DNA from: a virus
Taxonomy: Duplodnaviria > Caudoviricetes
DNA: 32,164 bases
Reading direction: 5' to 3' (one strand)
Virus record (IMG/VR): IMGVR_UViG_3300032243_000020
Coordinates: 1 to 32,164 of that record
Within the stretch, counting starts at the first letter, position 1. The number at the start of each line of letters is the position of its first letter. Of this stretch, positions 29,831 through 32,164 are shown piece by piece. Under the pieces are notes generated by a model, which was given only the letters and a program-made list of their open reading frames with translations, ran no database searches and had not been told where the DNA came from. A program made the position numbers and the translations under genes.

Positions 29831-32164
29831 TTATGCCTGCGCTTCCTTCCAAGACAAACGCGCGTAAACGTCGGTTGCCGTACCAGTTAAAGACGTTACA
29901 CAAACATATAAAATGTCTGGGCCGTCCGGATAAAAACCTGACTGAGTAGTTGGCAACGTATTAGTTGTGCCCCCACCTAAAATTGAATTACCTAAGTCAC
30001 GAACTTGTGATAAATCTAAAGTTGTTTGCCCGTTTGTATTAGTAAACGCAGCTGCTACAGACTCACCGCCAATTACAGTTACAGTATTCGTAGCATTTGC
30101 AGCAACTTGAGATAGTGAAGATGTAAACGACCCGCCCGCAGTAGTAACAGGGGCAGTAAATGTACCACTAAATGTACCGGTAGTAACGCCGTTTAACACC
30201 AAATTAACTAGCAATGGGCCAGTTGAATATATACCTAATTCAACTAACTGTAACTGCATACGGTTAACAATCTCACGTACGCCAAGTAGCCCTGTTATAC
30301 CATTATCTACTGCTGGAGCAACCCGAATAGCTAATACAGGCGTCAACGCAGTAGTAGATACAGTTGTTTGTAATTTAGGCGTACCGTAGTTAAAAATTAA
30401 CGATTTATCGTCATTGAACAAGCCATCCATAATTGCAGATGAACCCCAATGGGATAAAGCAGGTACTGAATCAGGTGTAGCTAATTCAACAGAAGTTGTT
30501 GTGTCGCCAACAAATGCTACAGCACTTGCTTGCCCCCCAGTTTGCGCCCTAGTTAGCCCCCAAATAATTCCAGAAGAAGTAATACCTGTGTAGTTAATAT
30601 ACTCAGTATTTCCGTTGGCATTTTGGCATTTAATAGTTAATGTGTTTCCACCAATTGCTAACGCTGATGTTGGAAAACCAACAGAATTAGCAACAGTAAT
30701 AGATGATGGGCTGATAGTTGTACCAGAAACTTGATCATCTGCCGCAGTTCCACCAAAACCACGAATACACCCAGTTAAACTGCCCGCTCCTGTAACAGTT
30801 GATAAACTAGTATAGTAAATATACTCGTTAGACATTTTAGCAACACCACCACTGAGATTAAATACTGCTGTACTTGTTACTGGGATAGTATCTGCCAAAC
30901 TTGTTACATCAGCACTAGTAGTAGTAGTTGAGCCAGATAAAGGCGCTACTGGATACGTTAATGGGGAAATACCTGATACTTCATAGTGGGCTGACATATT
31001 ACCAGACCGCATATATGCTTCAAATTGTTTATTATTGTTTTGTATTTGGTTTACATACGTAATTAAACCGTTAGTTCCACGAATACCAAAACGAATATAA
31101 CCCGCACCATACCAAGAATAATCAATGTACCACATTTGCATACGTGTTAAATCAAGGTTATACCCAGATGAACCTGTTCCATTACATGGGTCTAACCATT
31201 GTGATTGCGGAGTTTTAGTATCAATCGTTAAAGAAACAATAGCATTAGCAATTGTTACGCCCCGATATTCTGGAGTAATTGATAAAGATGTATCAGAAAC
31301 AATTTGGAGTACACGGTAAGATTGCCCACGAATAACAATAAATTGCCCAGGCTGTAATTGAGTTAAAAATGCAGTGCCCGATCCTGTTACTGCAGCAGAG
31401 TTATTAGTTACACTTACTGTGCCGCTAATTTGGTTTGTGCTATTACGTAAAACCGTATAAAGAGTTTGGCCATCAAATTCAAAAAACATACCATTTTGTT
31501 GGTCAAAGAAACCAATACGGCTAGAAGCTCCATACCAAGTTGTTGGAGTTACTCGGAATAAACCTGTAGCAGTAACAGTATTACTTACGTTAATTGTGTA
31601 TTGAAATGATGTTGGGGTTACATTTGCGCTATTAACAGTAAAGTTACCGTTAAAATATCCTTGGTTACATCCAGCAACTTGAAATTGCGCACCAGCTTGC
31701 AAATTATGATTAAACCGAGTTGTTACAGTAACCGTACCAGAAGCATTAATAATTGATGTTACAAATAATGCTGGTTTTAATGATGACCCAGTAGAAAACT
31801 GAATACCTTTACCTGATTGGTAACGGAAATAGCGTCTTGTTTGACGAATTAATTGTTGGTTTGGAACGTTAGCTCCAGCAGAAAATGCTACCCCACCATC
31901 AAAAGAACGTGGTTCTACATACCCAGCTGGACGCGCATATACGTTTGTATTTCCAGCGGTATTGGCAATGGTTGTAGAAGGTGTTCCATTTACGTTTACA
32001 AAAGTAAAAGTATTATAAGAAGGGATAGTTGCAACTACTTGGGCCGCATTAACTGTTGTTGCAGTAGATGGTCCTGTTGTGCCAACAACATAAATTAAAC
32101 TACCTTTACTTAGTCCATGAGCCCCTGTAGTTGTTACAGTAACTGTTGATCCAACAAAAGTAAG
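29831..32164 (-). CDS. Large beta-rich virion structural protein; 5'-partial
   Basis: The frame stays open from 31702 to the window end (154 more codons, including IRQTRRYFRYQSGKG). Core motifs RIGFFDQQNGMFFEFDG and LDLTRMQMWYIDYSWYGAG.IRFG, with several inserted Thr-rich beta domains. Confidence 0.75.
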   Translation of the reverse strand, partial: LTFVGSTVTVTTTGAHGLSKGSLIYVVGTTGPSTATTVNAAQVVATIPSYNTFTFVNVNGTPSTTIANTAGNTNVYARPAGYVEPRSFDGGVAFSAGANVPNQQLIRQTRRYFRYQSGKGIQFSTGSSLKPALFVTSIINASGTVTVTTRFNHNLQAGAQFQVAGCNQGYFNGNFTVNSANVTPTSFQYTINVSNTVTATGLFRVTPTTWYGASSRIGFFDQQNGMFFEFDGQTLYTVLRNSTNQISGTVSVTNNSAAVTGSGTAFLTQLQPGQFIVIRGQSYRVLQIVSDTSLSITPEYRGVTIANAIVSLTIDTKTPQSQWLDPCNGTGSSGYNLDLTRMQMWYIDYSWYGAGYIRFGIRGTNGLITYVNQIQNNNKQFEAYMRSGNMSAHYEVSGISPLTYPVAPLSGSTTTTSADVTSLADTIPVTSTAVFNLSGGVAKMSNEYIYYTSLSTVTGAGSLTGCIRGFGGTAADDQVSGTTISPSSITVANSVGFPTSALAIGGNTLTIKCQNANGNTEYINYTGITSSGIIWGLTRAQTGGQASAVAFVGDTTTSVELATPDSVPALSHWGSSAIMDGLFNDDKSLIFNYGTPKLQTTVSTTALTPVLAIRVAPAVDNGITGLLGVREIVNRMQLQLVELGIYSTGPLLVNLVLNGVTTGTFSGTFTAPVTTAGGSFTSSLSQVAANATNTVTVIGGESVAAAFTNTNGQTTLDLSQVRDLGNSILGGGTTNTLPTTQSGFYPDGPDILYVCVTSLTGTATDVYARLSWKEAQA

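Noticed and set aside
31700-31702. ORF-track start of the 623 aa gene
   Set aside because: It is a TTG inside a frame that stays open to 32164, with conserved-looking motifs upstream.
1-32164. Stop-codon reassignment, tRNA genes, introns/inteins, IS elements
   Set aside because: Genes tile the window under the standard code with TAA, TAG and TGA all used as stops. Gaps are too short for tRNAs except 1290-1369, which lacks a cloverleaf. No transposase or intein motifs were seen.
29831-32164. Major capsid protein or portal
   Set aside because: The protein is Thr/Ser/Gly beta-rich with inserted decoration domains and shows no HK97-fold or portal features. Those genes probably lie beyond the right edge.

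Overview
This window is part of a tailed dsDNA phage genome (Caudoviricetes, most likely podovirus-like, AT-rich). The left end (+ strand, <2-1289) holds the C-terminal P-loop ATPase part of a DUF927-type primase/helicase and a small conserved protein. Everything from 1370 to the right edge is one tightly packed minus-strand virion/lysis region. In transcription order it contains: a partial large beta-rich structural protein; a cluster of small Lys/Gly-rich proteins; two adaptor-like proteins; fibre-base proteins; a Gly-rich 20-aa-repeat fibre; a tail fibre with three accessory genes; a holin and M15 endolysin; a nozzle; a beta-helix spike; and an ejection module (517 aa protein, GNAT, 792 aa protein, and a 2843 aa polyvalent protein with GNAT, HExxH metallopeptidase and PLxRFG-type domains). 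No terminase, portal, major capsid, tRNA, integrase or CRISPR array was seen. Strongest leads: (1) a [MYFL]-[AKS]-x-G-G motif recurring in six predicted virion-internal proteins, together with a 517 aa protein carrying two copies of a tape-measure-type G..D...[LH]...E domain, which suggests an undescribed processing or packaging-signal system; (2) probable cleavable leaders exposing N-terminal Gly on the two proteins flanking the GNAT gene; (3) a ~70 nt promoter-to-terminator small RNA between the convergent operons; (4) repeat-bounded, AT-rich cassettes inside the giant protein. All family assignments come from motif recognition by eye, not database searches.
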